In this document: piece after piece, positions 7,792 through 16,413 of the stretch
How the letters are laid out: every line of letters begins with the position of its first letter
How positions within the stretch are numbered: the first letter of the stretch is position 1
IMG/VR virus record: IMGVR_UViG_3300029183_000025
Location: 1-30,323 of that record
Strand: one strand, 5' to 3'
DNA: 30,323 nucleotides
DNA from: a virus
Lineage: Duplodnaviria; Caudoviricetes
Position numbers and translations under genes: made by a program
The notes under the pieces: model-generated
Database searches by the model: none
What the model was told of the DNA's origin: nothing
Seen by the model: the letters and a program-made list of their open reading frames with translations, nothing else

Positions 7792-9376
7792 ACGACGCAG
7801 GCTCAAGTCCAAGCAAGTCCGCCGCGCCGAGAAGAAGGCTGCGGAGATGGAGGAGCGTAGGCAGGCGGCAAGGGACCGTCAGCGTGCAGCTATCGAGAAG
7901 GCGGAGAACGAAGCCGCTGCCGCCTCTGCGCAGTTGCTCCCCGCGCAGATCAAGGCAATCGCCGGGGCGAGGACGGACCCCACCATGTTCTTCCTCCTCA
8001 TCAAGGAGATCCTGAACCCAACCCCCGAGCGCCCCTACATCCTTGGGGAGATGGCCCGCCAACTACTCCAGTTAGTTCAGGACGTCCACAACATGGATCA
8101 GAAGCGCCATGCGGTCTCAGTCCCTCCCCAGCACGGCAAGTCCACCATCCTGACGATCATCACCGTCGCTTGGCTGGTGGGCCGCTTTCCGGGTATCCGC
8201 GTCGGCATCACCGCCTACTCTCCCTCTCTGGTCTGGACGTTCTCGGATAAGATCCGGGACATCATCAATCATCCGATTTATCAGCTCATCTTCCCGAACT
8301 GTAAGCTGTGCCGCTCGCTCCAGAAGAAAGAGGAGTGGGTGACTACTACCGGGAGCAAGGTGATGGCCAAGTCGCGGGGGATGAAGTTCACCGGTCACGG
8401 TCTGGACTACCTCATCATTGATGACCCGCACTCTGGCCGCGCAGACGCCGAATCCGACGTGGAGAGGACCAAGGTGAAAGATTGGTTCTTCGCCGACTGC
8501 CTGTCCCGCCTTTCTCCGGACAGCAAGGTGTTCATCATCATGACGCGGTGGCACCCGCAGGATTTGATCGGGACACTCAAAGATCCGGACTACAACAAGA
8601 ATCTGGACCTTGAAGGATTCGGCTACCGGAAATTTGTATTCCACAACTACCCCGCGCTGTCTACCGGCGGGCCGGATGATCCTCTGGGTAGGATGGAAGA
8701 GAACCAAGCACTGTTCCCGGAATTCAAGGATGCGCACTTTCTCATGGCGGAGAGGGCAACCCAGCCCGCCTACGAATGGGAAAGCCAGTATCAGGGCAAC
8801 CCAATCCCTGCTGGCGCGGGGCAGTTGGATATCTCGAAGATTCATAGGATCAAGCGCGAAGACGTTCCACGCAACATCCCAAGAGCGCGGGGGTGGGACT
8901 TGGCGCTGACGGAGAAGCAAACGAGTGACTACTCGGTGGGCGCTCTTTGCGCGTGGGATAGCGGCACCCGTGAATTCTATATCTTGGATATCTGGCGGAA
9001 GAAGCTGGTGTGGACCAAGATGCAACCGCGCCTCGTTGACCTCGCCCGCCAAGACAAAGAGGAGGAGAACGCCAACACGCTTGGGATGGAGGCGGTGAGT
9101 GGATTTGAGATGGGACGGTTGCAGGTGGCCAAGCTATTGCGCGGAGACGTGAAGGTCATCAAGTGCAACCCACCCAAGGGAGGAAAGATGGCTCGCGCCG
9201 AGGCTTGGATGCACGTTGCGGAAGCTCGCCGCCTTTACGTCTGTGAGGGAGACTGGAACCGCGCTTTCTTTGAGGAGCTGACATACTTCCCGGACGTGGA
9301 GCATGATGACCAAGTGGACGCCGTGTCTGTAGCTTGGGAGACTCTGACGCGTCGCCGTCGTCTCAAGCTCGCCTGA
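7757..9376 (+). CDS. terL: Terminase large subunit
   Basis: Walker A PPQHGKS, Walker B LIIDDPH, IMTRWH coupling motif, nuclease GWDLA..SDYS and HDDQVDA. Confidence 0.97.
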   Translation: MAVAVKKKATRKRRRLKSKQVRRAEKKAAEMEERRQAARDRQRAAIEKAENEAAAASAQLLPAQIKAIAGARTDPTMFFLLIKEILNPTPERPYILGEMARQLLQLVQDVHNMDQKRHAVSVPPQHGKSTILTIITVAWLVGRFPGIRVGITAYSPSLVWTFSDKIRDIINHPIYQLIFPNCKLCRSLQKKEEWVTTTGSKVMAKSRGMKFTGHGLDYLIIDDPHSGRADAESDVERTKVKDWFFADCLSRLSPDSKVFIIMTRWHPQDLIGTLKDPDYNKNLDLEGFGYRKFVFHNYPALSTGGPDDPLGRMEENQALFPEFKDAHFLMAERATQPAYEWESQYQGNPIPAGAGQLDISKIHRIKREDVPRNIPRARGWDLALTEKQTSDYSVGALCAWDSGTREFYILDIWRKKLVWTKMQPRLVDLARQDKEEENANTLGMEAVSGFEMGRLQVAKLLRGDVKVIKCNPPKGGKMARAEAWMHVAEARRLYVCEGDWNRAFFEELTYFPDVEHDDQVDAVSVAWETLTRRRRLKLA

Positions 9377-9385
9377 TCTTAAATA

Positions 9386-9414
9386 TTGCAAAAGTATTTT
9401 TACCGGTCTACAAT
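9386..9414 (+). promoter_or_regulatory. Phage promoter P4 (class B)
   Basis: TTGCAA 9386-9391, 17 nt, TACAAT 9409-9414, GTG 6 nt later. Confidence 0.8.
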
Positions 9415-9420
9415 AGGCCG

Positions 9421-9761
9421 GTGAGCTACACGCAGGAGATCAGCAGCAACCCCGCCACCGGTTGGTTGGGGCATTTGTCGTGGCAAGGCATTATAGTTAC
9501 ACCTGTTCAAGCTTTTAGTGGTAGGGAACACGGCATTATTGAAGGTCACATCTGGAAACACGTTGAAGGGCGGAGGTGGAGGCGCAGTGGCCTATTGGCT
9601 CAATCCACCGTTGCAAGAGCGGCAACAAATACCTTATGATGCACTACGGCTGGGAAGCGTTTTCCAAGGACACTGACGAGGACGCAGAACCACCGAAACC
9701 AACCCGCGCTTTACCGGAGAGAGGAAGGCGCAAGCTGAAGAGAAAGAGAACCACCACATGA
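9421..9761 (+). CDS. Hypothetical protein with RALP..GRRK C-terminal motif; apparently split by a -1 frame break (9421-9639 and 9576-9761)
   Basis: GTG 9421 follows P4; the overlapping -1 frame ORF ends PTRALPERGRRKLKRKRTTT. Confidence 0.55.
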
Positions 9762-11323
9762 GCCAATCCACCATTCACTCCTCTGCGGGAGTCAATCCAC
9801 ACAAAGAGGTGACCAAAGATCCCAACCGGATACTCCAAGGCCAGCTTACGTTCATCGTGGTTTGCTGTGACCGTCCGCGCAAACTCCAACGGCTGCTCGA
9901 CTCCATTGCCAAGTTCTTTCCCGGGGTCAACGTAGTGGTTGCGGACGTCTCAGAGAATCCGGTGTTCGTGAAGCTCCATGAGGGACAGCGGGTGTTCCGC
10001 GTAGGAGAACCGGACGAGGAGACGGGCATCGCCAACTTGAGCGCGGGAAGGAATCTCGCCCTTTCCAAAGTAGGCACCAATTTCTTCTGCCTCGTGGACG
10101 ACGACCACTTCTTTGAACGCAAGAAGGACGTTTACTCAATGTTCGCTGCCTGCCGCGCTACCTCCAAACCGAGTGAGCGCCCTGACGTGGTTGGCGGTAG
10201 CTATCACAACGTGGATGGAACCCGCAGCCATTGGTTCGGTCACTTCAACTACGAAGGTGGGGGAATCCGGATGCGCATCCCTCGGGTCAGGAAGATTGAC
10301 ACCACCATCCGCGTAGATATCTGCCACAACTTCTTCGTTGCCCGCACTCATTCCATCAAGCGGATGGGAGGCTGGGACCCCGCCATCCCAATCGTCTCCG
10401 AGCACATGGACTTCTTCATCAAGGGCAAGATGGCGGGGCTGAAAGTCTTCCACCTCCACCGCGCCAACATCCGCCACGATCCCGGAGGAGATCTCACCGA
10501 TGAGAAAGGACTGAAGGGAAAGCGGCGGGTGGACAAGGCGCAGAGGAACTACGACAAGAATCGGAAGCGCGAAGGATTCCGTGCAACGCTCCTCAAGAAG
10601 TGGAGCTTGTCCCACCTGACCCATCACCGAGGCACCCGTCACTTCCTCAAGACGGATGGCGTGCTGGACTTCAAAAAGCGAGACTATCGGTCCTCGGTGG
10701 GTATCGTGGTGCTGACCACCGGGCGCTCGGGTTCCTCCTGCATCTCTCAGGTTCTCCACACGCTGGGGGTCTGCATGGGGGATAACTTGGCCGAGCCACA
10801 GCAGGGATTCTCCGACGTGAACCCAGACGGATATTTCGAGGATCTTCGGCTCATCGGTCTGGGTAAGGCGCTGGCCAACAACCCCGGCGCGTGGGAGCTG
10901 CACAACGAGCTGGACGACCACGTCCACTCACTCTCTACCCGCTACGACTACTGGGGGATGAAGAACCCGCAACTGTCGCTGTGCGTGCCCGCTTTGGAGA
11001 AGCTGCGCAAGAGCCGGGGACTCGATCTGCGCTACGTCTGGATTCACCGCAAGCTCCACAAGTGCGTCGCCTCTTTGGCCAAGACGGGGTGGCTGGGACC
11101 GGACTCCAGCGAGGCGGACGGTTACATGACGCAGATGTATCGGAAGGTGCGCGGTCACTTCGATTCCCTCCCCGCCAAGATCAAGCTGCGCGTGGAGTAT
11201 GAGGACTTGCTGAAAGATCCGTTTGGAGAAACGCGGAAGCTCGCCCACTGGGTGGGGATCACCGAGGGCAACACCATCGGTAGGGCGTCTGAGACTATCA
11301 AACCCAGCCTGCGGCATTTTTGA
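9758..11323 (+). CDS. Glycosyltransferase family 2 - sulfotransferase fusion
   Basis: N-terminal GT-A motifs (DRP..L.RLL.SI, VVVAD, LSAGRN, LVDDD, GGWD, EH.DFF); C-terminal PAPS loop TTGRSGSS, WGMKNP, VEYEDLL.DP. Confidence 0.9.
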   Translation: MSQSTIHSSAGVNPHKEVTKDPNRILQGQLTFIVVCCDRPRKLQRLLDSIAKFFPGVNVVVADVSENPVFVKLHEGQRVFRVGEPDEETGIANLSAGRNLALSKVGTNFFCLVDDDHFFERKKDVYSMFAACRATSKPSERPDVVGGSYHNVDGTRSHWFGHFNYEGGGIRMRIPRVRKIDTTIRVDICHNFFVARTHSIKRMGGWDPAIPIVSEHMDFFIKGKMAGLKVFHLHRANIRHDPGGDLTDEKGLKGKRRVDKAQRNYDKNRKREGFRATLLKKWSLSHLTHHRGTRHFLKTDGVLDFKKRDYRSSVGIVVLTTGRSGSSCISQVLHTLGVCMGDNLAEPQQGFSDVNPDGYFEDLRLIGLGKALANNPGAWELHNELDDHVHSLSTRYDYWGMKNPQLSLCVPALEKLRKSRGLDLRYVWIHRKLHKCVASLAKTGWLGPDSSEADGYMTQMYRKVRGHFDSLPAKIKLRVEYEDLLKDPFGETRKLAHWVGITEGNTIGRASETIKPSLRHF

Positions 11324-11335
11324 AGTGTCTTCAAA
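11319..11335. repeat. 17-bp palindrome, copy 4 (TTTGAAGTGTCTTCAAA)
   Basis: Read directly; contains the TGA stop of the GT2 gene. Confidence 0.95.
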
Positions 11336-11360
11336 ATCCGACATATCGCGTTGGCCGGGC

Positions 11361-11906
11361 ATGGTTGAAGTTGGCCCGGATATCTGGACGGTGAGCGAAT
11401 TCGTTCCGCCCGCTGTTTGTGATGTCGTTCTCAAAGCGCAGGAGGAAGTAGGGTGGACCAAAGCCCTGCCTCATTGCTATATTCAGGACAACAACCTTTC
11501 CTATCGTTTCCTTCACCCACACATCCTTGCCGTCCTCCAGAAGATCCACGCGGAGTTGGACCGGTTCGACAAGAACAACCTCCTCGCGCCACCGGGACCG
11601 GAGCACATCCAACTATCGCGGGGGACGACCTACAAACCGGGCGGTGAATTCAAGTCCCACTTCGACTGTCCCGCTTTGGATAAGATGGGGGAGTGGTATT
11701 GGAGCGTGATTGTCTACCTCAACGATGACTACACCGGAGGGCACTTGGTCTATCCGCGCCACGGAGTGAATCACGTTGCAAAGCGCGGGGACGTTGTGGT
11801 CCACTTAGCAGGACCGACCCACCCCCATACTTCCACGCCGCTATTGAGCGGGCAGAAGTTCATCGTCTTCAACCGCGTCTCGCTCAACTACCGAGCGACT
11901 TCCTGA
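11361..11906 (+). CDS. 2OG-Fe(II) oxygenase, prolyl-4-hydroxylase-like
   Basis: ATG 11361; YKPGGEFKSHFD (HxD), VIVYLNDDYTGGHL, HPH...P..SGQKF. Confidence 0.9.
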   Translation: MVEVGPDIWTVSEFVPPAVCDVVLKAQEEVGWTKALPHCYIQDNNLSYRFLHPHILAVLQKIHAELDRFDKNNLLAPPGPEHIQLSRGTTYKPGGEFKSHFDCPALDKMGEWYWSVIVYLNDDYTGGHLVYPRHGVNHVAKRGDVVVHLAGPTHPHTSTPLLSGQKFIVFNRVSLNYRATS

Positions 11907-12534
11907 CCAACATCTGCCCGGTGTGGGAGTTGATATTGGTCATGGTCTCAGCCTCTCCCTTGAAGTAGAGATCGTAGAGAACCTTGGAGGTGTTCCGCAC
12001 CTGATAGCCTTTGTGGTCGCCTTTGTCTGCGGAACCCCAATCGTCGATCAGGCACCAGCCTCCGGGCTTGAGTTGCGCCCACGCGGCGACGAACTGAGAA
12101 GTTGAAAGCGGGGAGTCGTGGTCCGCATCAACGTGGATGAGATCGAACTCGCCCAAGTCATAGACTTGATCCCCCTCCCGGTCTTCGATTCGGAAGTTGC
12201 TCCACCCGCGCTTCTGGAAGGCCATCTTCAATCCAGCCTCCGCCCTTTCGTTGGACTTGGGGTCTTGAAAGCAGCGGTCAATCCCGATGAACTCCGGGTT
12301 GGGCGTTCCCGCGTCAATCGCGCCTTGAATCATCGCCACCGCCGAGTAGCCGTAAAGCACGCCGATCTCAAGGATGCGGGCAGGAGCAGCCGCCCGAGCG
12401 ATTGAGTAGTGCCACTCATAGTAGTTCCCGCCGTGGAGCCAGTCCTTGGGGTCACCGAACGGATTGTGCTTGGTGTAGCAGCGCTTTTGGATCAGCTTGG
12501 GGACGGCGGCGGAGGCGGGATGCTTTACGATCAT
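11884..12534 (-). CDS. Class I SAM-dependent methyltransferase (Methyltransf_24-like)
   Basis: ILEIGVLYGYSA, FDLIHVDADH, LKPGGWCLIDDW; the only clear minus-strand gene. Confidence 0.9.
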   Translation of the reverse strand: MIVKHPASAAVPKLIQKRCYTKHNPFGDPKDWLHGGNYYEWHYSIARAAAPARILEIGVLYGYSAVAMIQGAIDAGTPNPEFIGIDRCFQDPKSNERAEAGLKMAFQKRGWSNFRIEDREGDQVYDLGEFDLIHVDADHDSPLSTSQFVAAWAQLKPGGWCLIDDWGSADKGDHKGYQVRNTSKVLYDLYFKGEAETMTNINSHTGQMLVRKSLGS

Positions 12535-12540
12535 CCTCGA

Positions 12541-12568
12541 AGCGTAGCAGGAAAAAATTCCATCTCAA
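12541..12568 (-). promoter_or_regulatory. Candidate divergent promoter for the methyltransferase
   Basis: Minus strand TTGAGA, 16 nt, TACGCT, ATG 6 nt later; back-to-back with P5. Confidence 0.5.
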
Positions 12569-12581
12569 GGCATCTTTTTTG

Positions 12582-12609
12582 TTGCAAAAGTCTTTTTATA
12601 GGATACACT
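12582..12609 (+). promoter_or_regulatory. Phage promoter P5 (class A)
   Basis: TTGCAA 12582-12587, 16 nt, TACACT 12604-12609, ATG 9 nt later. Confidence 0.85.
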
Positions 12610-12618
12610 ACTGGAGTT

Positions 12619-12885
12619 ATGAGAAGATTAGCAAGAACGCCAGAAAACTTGAATCTGCTATGCGAGATCCGAGATCTCACCCGCGCCAAGGAACTGCTCG
12701 AAGAATTGATTGAGCGGAAGGACGCGCAACTCGAAGTCGCCGACGCTGGCAACTGGTGGTATGAGGTAGATGGTCACTGGCCTTCCGTAGACCTTGAGAC
12801 TTTCTGTCAGGAGATGGACGAGTGCATCCAAGACGGACGCAAGCACCAGCGCGGGGTCGCTATTCCGGAAGGAGAGGAGGGATAG
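12619..12885 (+). CDS. Hypothetical protein
   Basis: ATG 12619 in GTTATGAG context after P5. Confidence 0.8.
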   Translation: MRRLARTPENLNLLCEIRDLTRAKELLEELIERKDAQLEVADAGNWWYEVDGHWPSVDLETFCQEMDECIQDGRKHQRGVAIPEGEEG

Positions 12886-12887
12886 TC

Positions 12888-13142
12888 ATGGCCGAGCCCG
12901 AACGCAGACCCAAGCCGCCCGCCCCCGTCCGCTACTACGCCAGCGTGTGGGACGAGAAGTTGGGCCACTACACCAAGGTGCCGATTGACGGAGACTCCGT
13001 TGAGATCCACGTCGGCAGCAAGATCCTTCGCGTGAAGGGGCAGGGCGACGGAGAATTTTTCGAGGTGGCCACCATCCGGGGAACGCTCCAGATCGAACCC
13101 CGCGCCGCGAATTCCATCCACATCAAGGAGACCGACCTATGA
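12888..13142 (+). CDS. Hypothetical protein
   Basis: ATG 2 nt after the upstream stop; ATGA overlap downstream. Confidence 0.75.
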   Translation: MAEPERRPKPPAPVRYYASVWDEKLGHYTKVPIDGDSVEIHVGSKILRVKGQGDGEFFEVATIRGTLQIEPRAANSIHIKETDL

Positions 13143-13459
13143 AGATTGAAATCACCCGCAGTCTCGCCTTTGAGCTGTTTCCCAAACAGGCGAAGAACAT
13201 AGAAGCCCTGCACGGTAGCCGGGTGGAGGAGTTCCACGTTGAATACGGTATCGAAGGGCAGGCGCTCACCATCAATCAGGTGATAGGTAAGGAGCCTAGA
13301 CCGGACCCGCCCAAGAAGGTGGAGCGCATTAAGCTATTCTTCGCCGCGCCAACTGGAACCGTCGGCAAGGAGAGCATGGAACCCACCGGAGCCTATGACC
13401 TTTTCGCAGGAGAGGGATACACCAAACTCAAGGAAACTATCGAAGAAAACCTCGCATGA
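13139..13459 (+). CDS. Hypothetical protein
   Basis: ATGA-coupled ORF, 106 aa. Confidence 0.75.
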   Translation: MKIEITRSLAFELFPKQAKNIEALHGSRVEEFHVEYGIEGQALTINQVIGKEPRPDPPKKVERIKLFFAAPTGTVGKESMEPTGAYDLFAGEGYTKLKETIEENLA

Positions 13460-13668
13460 AACTCTACGTCACCTACTACGCCGACGAGGCGGGAGACCGC
13501 CAACAGTTTCATGGCTCCAAGTCTGAGATGAAGGTCGCCCGCGCCATCCTTCGCGACGACCCAAAGATCACCATGAAGCCCCAGCTCAATAACGCGGAGG
13601 GCGTCGAAGTCCCCACGGACAAAGCTGGCCTTCTCAAGTTCCTCAACTCCCACTGCTCCACGACATGA
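13456..13668 (+). CDS. Hypothetical protein
   Basis: ATGA-coupled ORF, 70 aa. Confidence 0.75.
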   Translation: MKLYVTYYADEAGDRQQFHGSKSEMKVARAILRDDPKITMKPQLNNAEGVEVPTDKAGLLKFLNSHCSTT

Positions 13669-14057
13669 CCCGCTTTCTCATCATCGCCCTTTTAGGTTTT
13701 CTCATAACACTTGTCGCCTACCTGCTCCGCGAGTCCGGTGGTCTCAGCACCTCCACTCAAGGAGACCCAACCAACCAACGAGCGGGTGGGCGGCAAAAAT
13801 GGGAGGACGGTGAAGCCGAACGCCGTCGCCGCCAACGTCTCCGGGATATCTACACCCACATGCCCCAGCGCCCCAAGAAGCTCTCCGAACAAGCCGTGGC
13901 GCGGAGGGAGAGGCTAGCCGACCAAGAGGTATGGAGGCAGCTCGCCTTGGACCCCTACAACACCCTCACCGTAGACGGCGGAGTGGCGCGGTGGATAGTT
14001 TTCGAGACCAGTGAAGGAATGCTGATCTCACAACCACAAGAAAAACACGACGAATGA
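13665..14057 (+). CDS. Hypothetical protein with N-terminal membrane anchor
   Basis: FLIIALLGFLITLVAYLL segment; ATGA-coupled. Confidence 0.75.
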   Translation: MTRFLIIALLGFLITLVAYLLRESGGLSTSTQGDPTNQRAGGRQKWEDGEAERRRRQRLRDIYTHMPQRPKKLSEQAVARRERLADQEVWRQLALDPYNTLTVDGGVARWIVFETSEGMLISQPQEKHDE

Positions 14058-14581
14058 AAAATACCAGAACCAAACTCGCCTCTCTGGCGACCGCCCTACT
14101 GACCCTCGCCCTGCTCCCCTTTGGCATCAACGCCATGGAGTCCGGAGAGAACGAACAACCCAAGAAGGAGGACCCCAAGCGCATCAAGGTTTTCGACGTC
14201 TATGAGCACAACCGGAACCACTCCGAAGACAACGTGCTCGGCAACGCCGTCGGGAATCACGGTGGGGGACCGATTGCGGTGGAGGCTTGGCAGGGAGCCG
14301 ACCAGACTCCCCGCACGCTCCCTACTACGATCAAGCTCACCGATCTCAAGGCGGACGCCAACGGCATCACCGCCATCTGTTCCGACGCCAAGGTGGCTGC
14401 GGACGTGAAAGCCGGGAAGCTGAAAATCACGCTCACGGTCCAGACCGTGGCTCCGCGTGGCTCCAGTGACCCCAGACCGAAGCAGGACCCCAAGGGACGC
14501 TATTACGTCGTGTCCATCAACATCGTCGGCGCTTTGGCCCACGGCGGAGTCCTGAACGGCGCAACGCTCCCTGCTTGGTAA
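14054..14581 (+). CDS. Putative secreted/periplasmic protein
   Basis: Sec-like signal MKNTRTKLASLATALLTLALLPFGINA. Confidence 0.75.
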   Translation: MKNTRTKLASLATALLTLALLPFGINAMESGENEQPKKEDPKRIKVFDVYEHNRNHSEDNVLGNAVGNHGGGPIAVEAWQGADQTPRTLPTTIKLTDLKADANGITAICSDAKVAADVKAGKLKITLTVQTVAPRGSSDPRPKQDPKGRYYVVSINIVGALAHGGVLNGATLPAW

Positions 14582-14589
14582 ACTTCCCA

Positions 14590-14666
14590 TAGGGTCAGGC
14601 CCGTCCAGCCTGATCCACCCTAGCCCGTCCCCCATAGTTCCCGAACTAGTTCCCCGGGGGACGGGC
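14590..14666 (+). other. Intergenic double stem-loop (possible terminator, processing site or small structured RNA)
   Basis: TCAGGC/GCCTGA stem (14595-14613) and a perfect 11-bp stem GCCCGTCCCCC 14623-14633 / GGGGGACGGGC 14656-14666. Confidence 0.5.
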
Positions 14667-14677
14667 GCAACCCAAAA

Positions 14678-14694
14678 TTTGAAGACACTTCAAA
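14678..14694. repeat. 17-bp palindrome, copy 5 (TTTGAAGACACTTCAAA)
   Basis: Read directly; 3 nt upstream of ATG 14698. Confidence 0.95.
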
Positions 14695-14697
14695 ATC

Positions 14698-15003
14698 ATG
14701 ACTGAGTTCGAGGATTTTGATCTGGGAGGTGAGTGGAAGATCTTTTGAGCGGTAGCTGTAACCGTGGGCAAGTCTTGCCCTGTAGGCGCACTACCGATTG
14801 GATCAGCCAAGACCAAAGATGAAGCCAAGTCGATGGTGGTTCTCACCTGCTCGCTTGGAACCGACAAACTCTACTACCCCAACGCGTTCAAAGGCGTGGA
14901 CGTGGATAACGAGAGCGCACGCATCGCCGCTTTCAATAAGTTCGGTCACGATCTAGCACGCGCCCGAAAATTCATTCGGGAAAGGCGCGAGGAGCCAGAG
15001 TAA
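14698..15003 (+). pseudogene. Hypothetical gene with in-frame TGA at 14746-14748 (error, nonsense mutation or readthrough)
   Basis: ATG 14698 is in frame with ORF 14764-15003, with a single TGA after codon 16. Confidence 0.5.
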
Positions 15004-15006
15004 TTC

Positions 15007-15035
15007 TTGCAAAAGTCTTTTTATTAGTTTACAAT
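15007..15035 (+). promoter_or_regulatory. Phage promoter P6 (class B)
   Basis: TTGCAA 15007-15012, 17 nt, TACAAT 15030-15035, ATG 11 nt later. Confidence 0.85.
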
Positions 15036-15046
15036 CTCACAGTGTT

Positions 15047-15880
15047 ATGAGTAAGCCAGTTGATGAGATTATCTGCTACCTCGAAAGAGGACCGAGGAAG
15101 CCGCACACCGCCCACCTTTCGCTTCGCCACCATGAAGGTCAGAAGTGGATGCTACTGGAGGTGAGCAACGATCCGGAAGGGAAGCCACCGGGCATCTACA
15201 AGTTCTTGTGTTACGAGGTATCCAGCCCGCACGGAGTCTACACCCTCGCGCCGGATCAGATGCGGATGGCCCAGAACCCGCAGGAGAATTTGATGGGGAT
15301 TGCCCTCCGCCGCGACTTCAGTTTAGAGCACATAGAGCAGGGAGCGCATGTTTGCCTCCACCTACTGAAGGAAGGCGAGGCGTGGGAACGGGAGAAGCTT
15401 GAGCTGAGGTGTAGGATCGGGCAGGACACCACCATGATGGCGAATGGCGCTCTCCTTTACGACAAGGGTGACCGTGCTTTGCTACGCCCCGGAGAGTATG
15501 ACCCGGAAGATGAGATTTTCGACACCGTGGTCCTCGTTTGGCAGACGAGGGAGCAATGCTGGCGGAAGTTCACTGTGCGGGAAGATCTCGCTGCCCGGGT
15601 AGGCGGAATGATCCGAGAGTATGAGTGGCGCGGTGATCGTTGGTTTTTCCTGAACTCCATTGAGCGGGAGGACGTCGGCAGTGCCATCATGGACGTCGGC
15701 AAACTCTCTGCGCGGTATCTTGGCCAAACCCGGAAAGAGGCGGGGATGTGGCAGTGGACCAACTGCACCGACAAAACGCTCGCCGTTGGGTGGGTTCCCC
15801 CGGACGAGACGCCGGGACCCGCCCGCGCTTTGCCCTCCGCAGGCAGGAGGAAGATCAAGAGGAAGGTGGTGAAGCCATGA
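15047..15880 (+). CDS. Hypothetical protein with RALP..GRRK C-terminal motif
   Basis: 277 aa; ends PARALPSAGRRKIKRKVVKP. Confidence 0.85.
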   Translation: MSKPVDEIICYLERGPRKPHTAHLSLRHHEGQKWMLLEVSNDPEGKPPGIYKFLCYEVSSPHGVYTLAPDQMRMAQNPQENLMGIALRRDFSLEHIEQGAHVCLHLLKEGEAWEREKLELRCRIGQDTTMMANGALLYDKGDRALLRPGEYDPEDEIFDTVVLVWQTREQCWRKFTVREDLAARVGGMIREYEWRGDRWFFLNSIEREDVGSAIMDVGKLSARYLGQTRKEAGMWQWTNCTDKTLAVGWVPPDETPGPARALPSAGRRKIKRKVVKP

Positions 15881-16413
15881 CAACGGTAGCAGTGAAACAG
15901 CTATTCTTCTCTCAGGGTCGCTCTGATAAGTTCTACAAGGCCGTCATCCGGCACTACGATACACCGAACAATCACTACCAAGTAGCCTTCTCTTGGGGAC
16001 GGCGGGGAGGCACCGGGTCGGCCAACTACACCTCTTACGATACTTGGGACCAAGCCTTGGCCGCAGCCAATAACAAGCTCACGGAGAAGCACAGTAAAGG
16101 ATACACGGCAAACAATGACGGAGTGACGCCCTGCTCCCACGTAGAGGCTATGATCACCAACGCTCAGGTTCTCCCGGGAGCTACGAACGGCAATTTTTCG
16201 CAGGCGCTCAACGCCGTGAATTTCCAGATGGCGAATCCGGGGATGAACAACGGCGCACAATTCGCCGCCGCAAAGAAGAAAGCCGCGAAGAAGTCGGCGG
16301 GGAGAGGAAACCGACCCGGACAAGCACCAAGGAACGCGCCGAAGCCGGAACCGCCTGCTCGCGCTTTACCAACCAGAGGACGGAGGCGCATGAAGCGGAA
16401 GAAGAATGGCTGA
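15877..16413 (+). CDS. WGR-domain protein with RALP..GRRR C-terminal motif
   Basis: ATGA overlap; SDKFY...V.FSWGRRGGTG...A......EK.SKGY; ends PARALPTRGRRRMKRKKNG. Confidence 0.85.
   Translation: MTTVAVKQLFFSQGRSDKFYKAVIRHYDTPNNHYQVAFSWGRRGGTGSANYTSYDTWDQALAAANNKLTEKHSKGYTANNDGVTPCSHVEAMITNAQVLPGATNGNFSQALNAVNFQMANPGMNNGAQFAAAKKKAAKKSAGRGNRPGQAPRNAPKPEPPARALPTRGRRRMKRKKNG

Noticed and set aside
11884-12534. Methyltransferase as the DNA C5-MTase partner of the TET enzyme
   Set aside because: It lacks the PC/ENV motifs of C5-MTases and the DPPY/NPPY motifs of amino-MTases, and resembles small-molecule/glycan methyltransferases.
14746-14748. Genome-wide TGA recoding
   Set aside because: Conserved genes end properly at TGA with ATGA coupling; only one in-frame case was seen.
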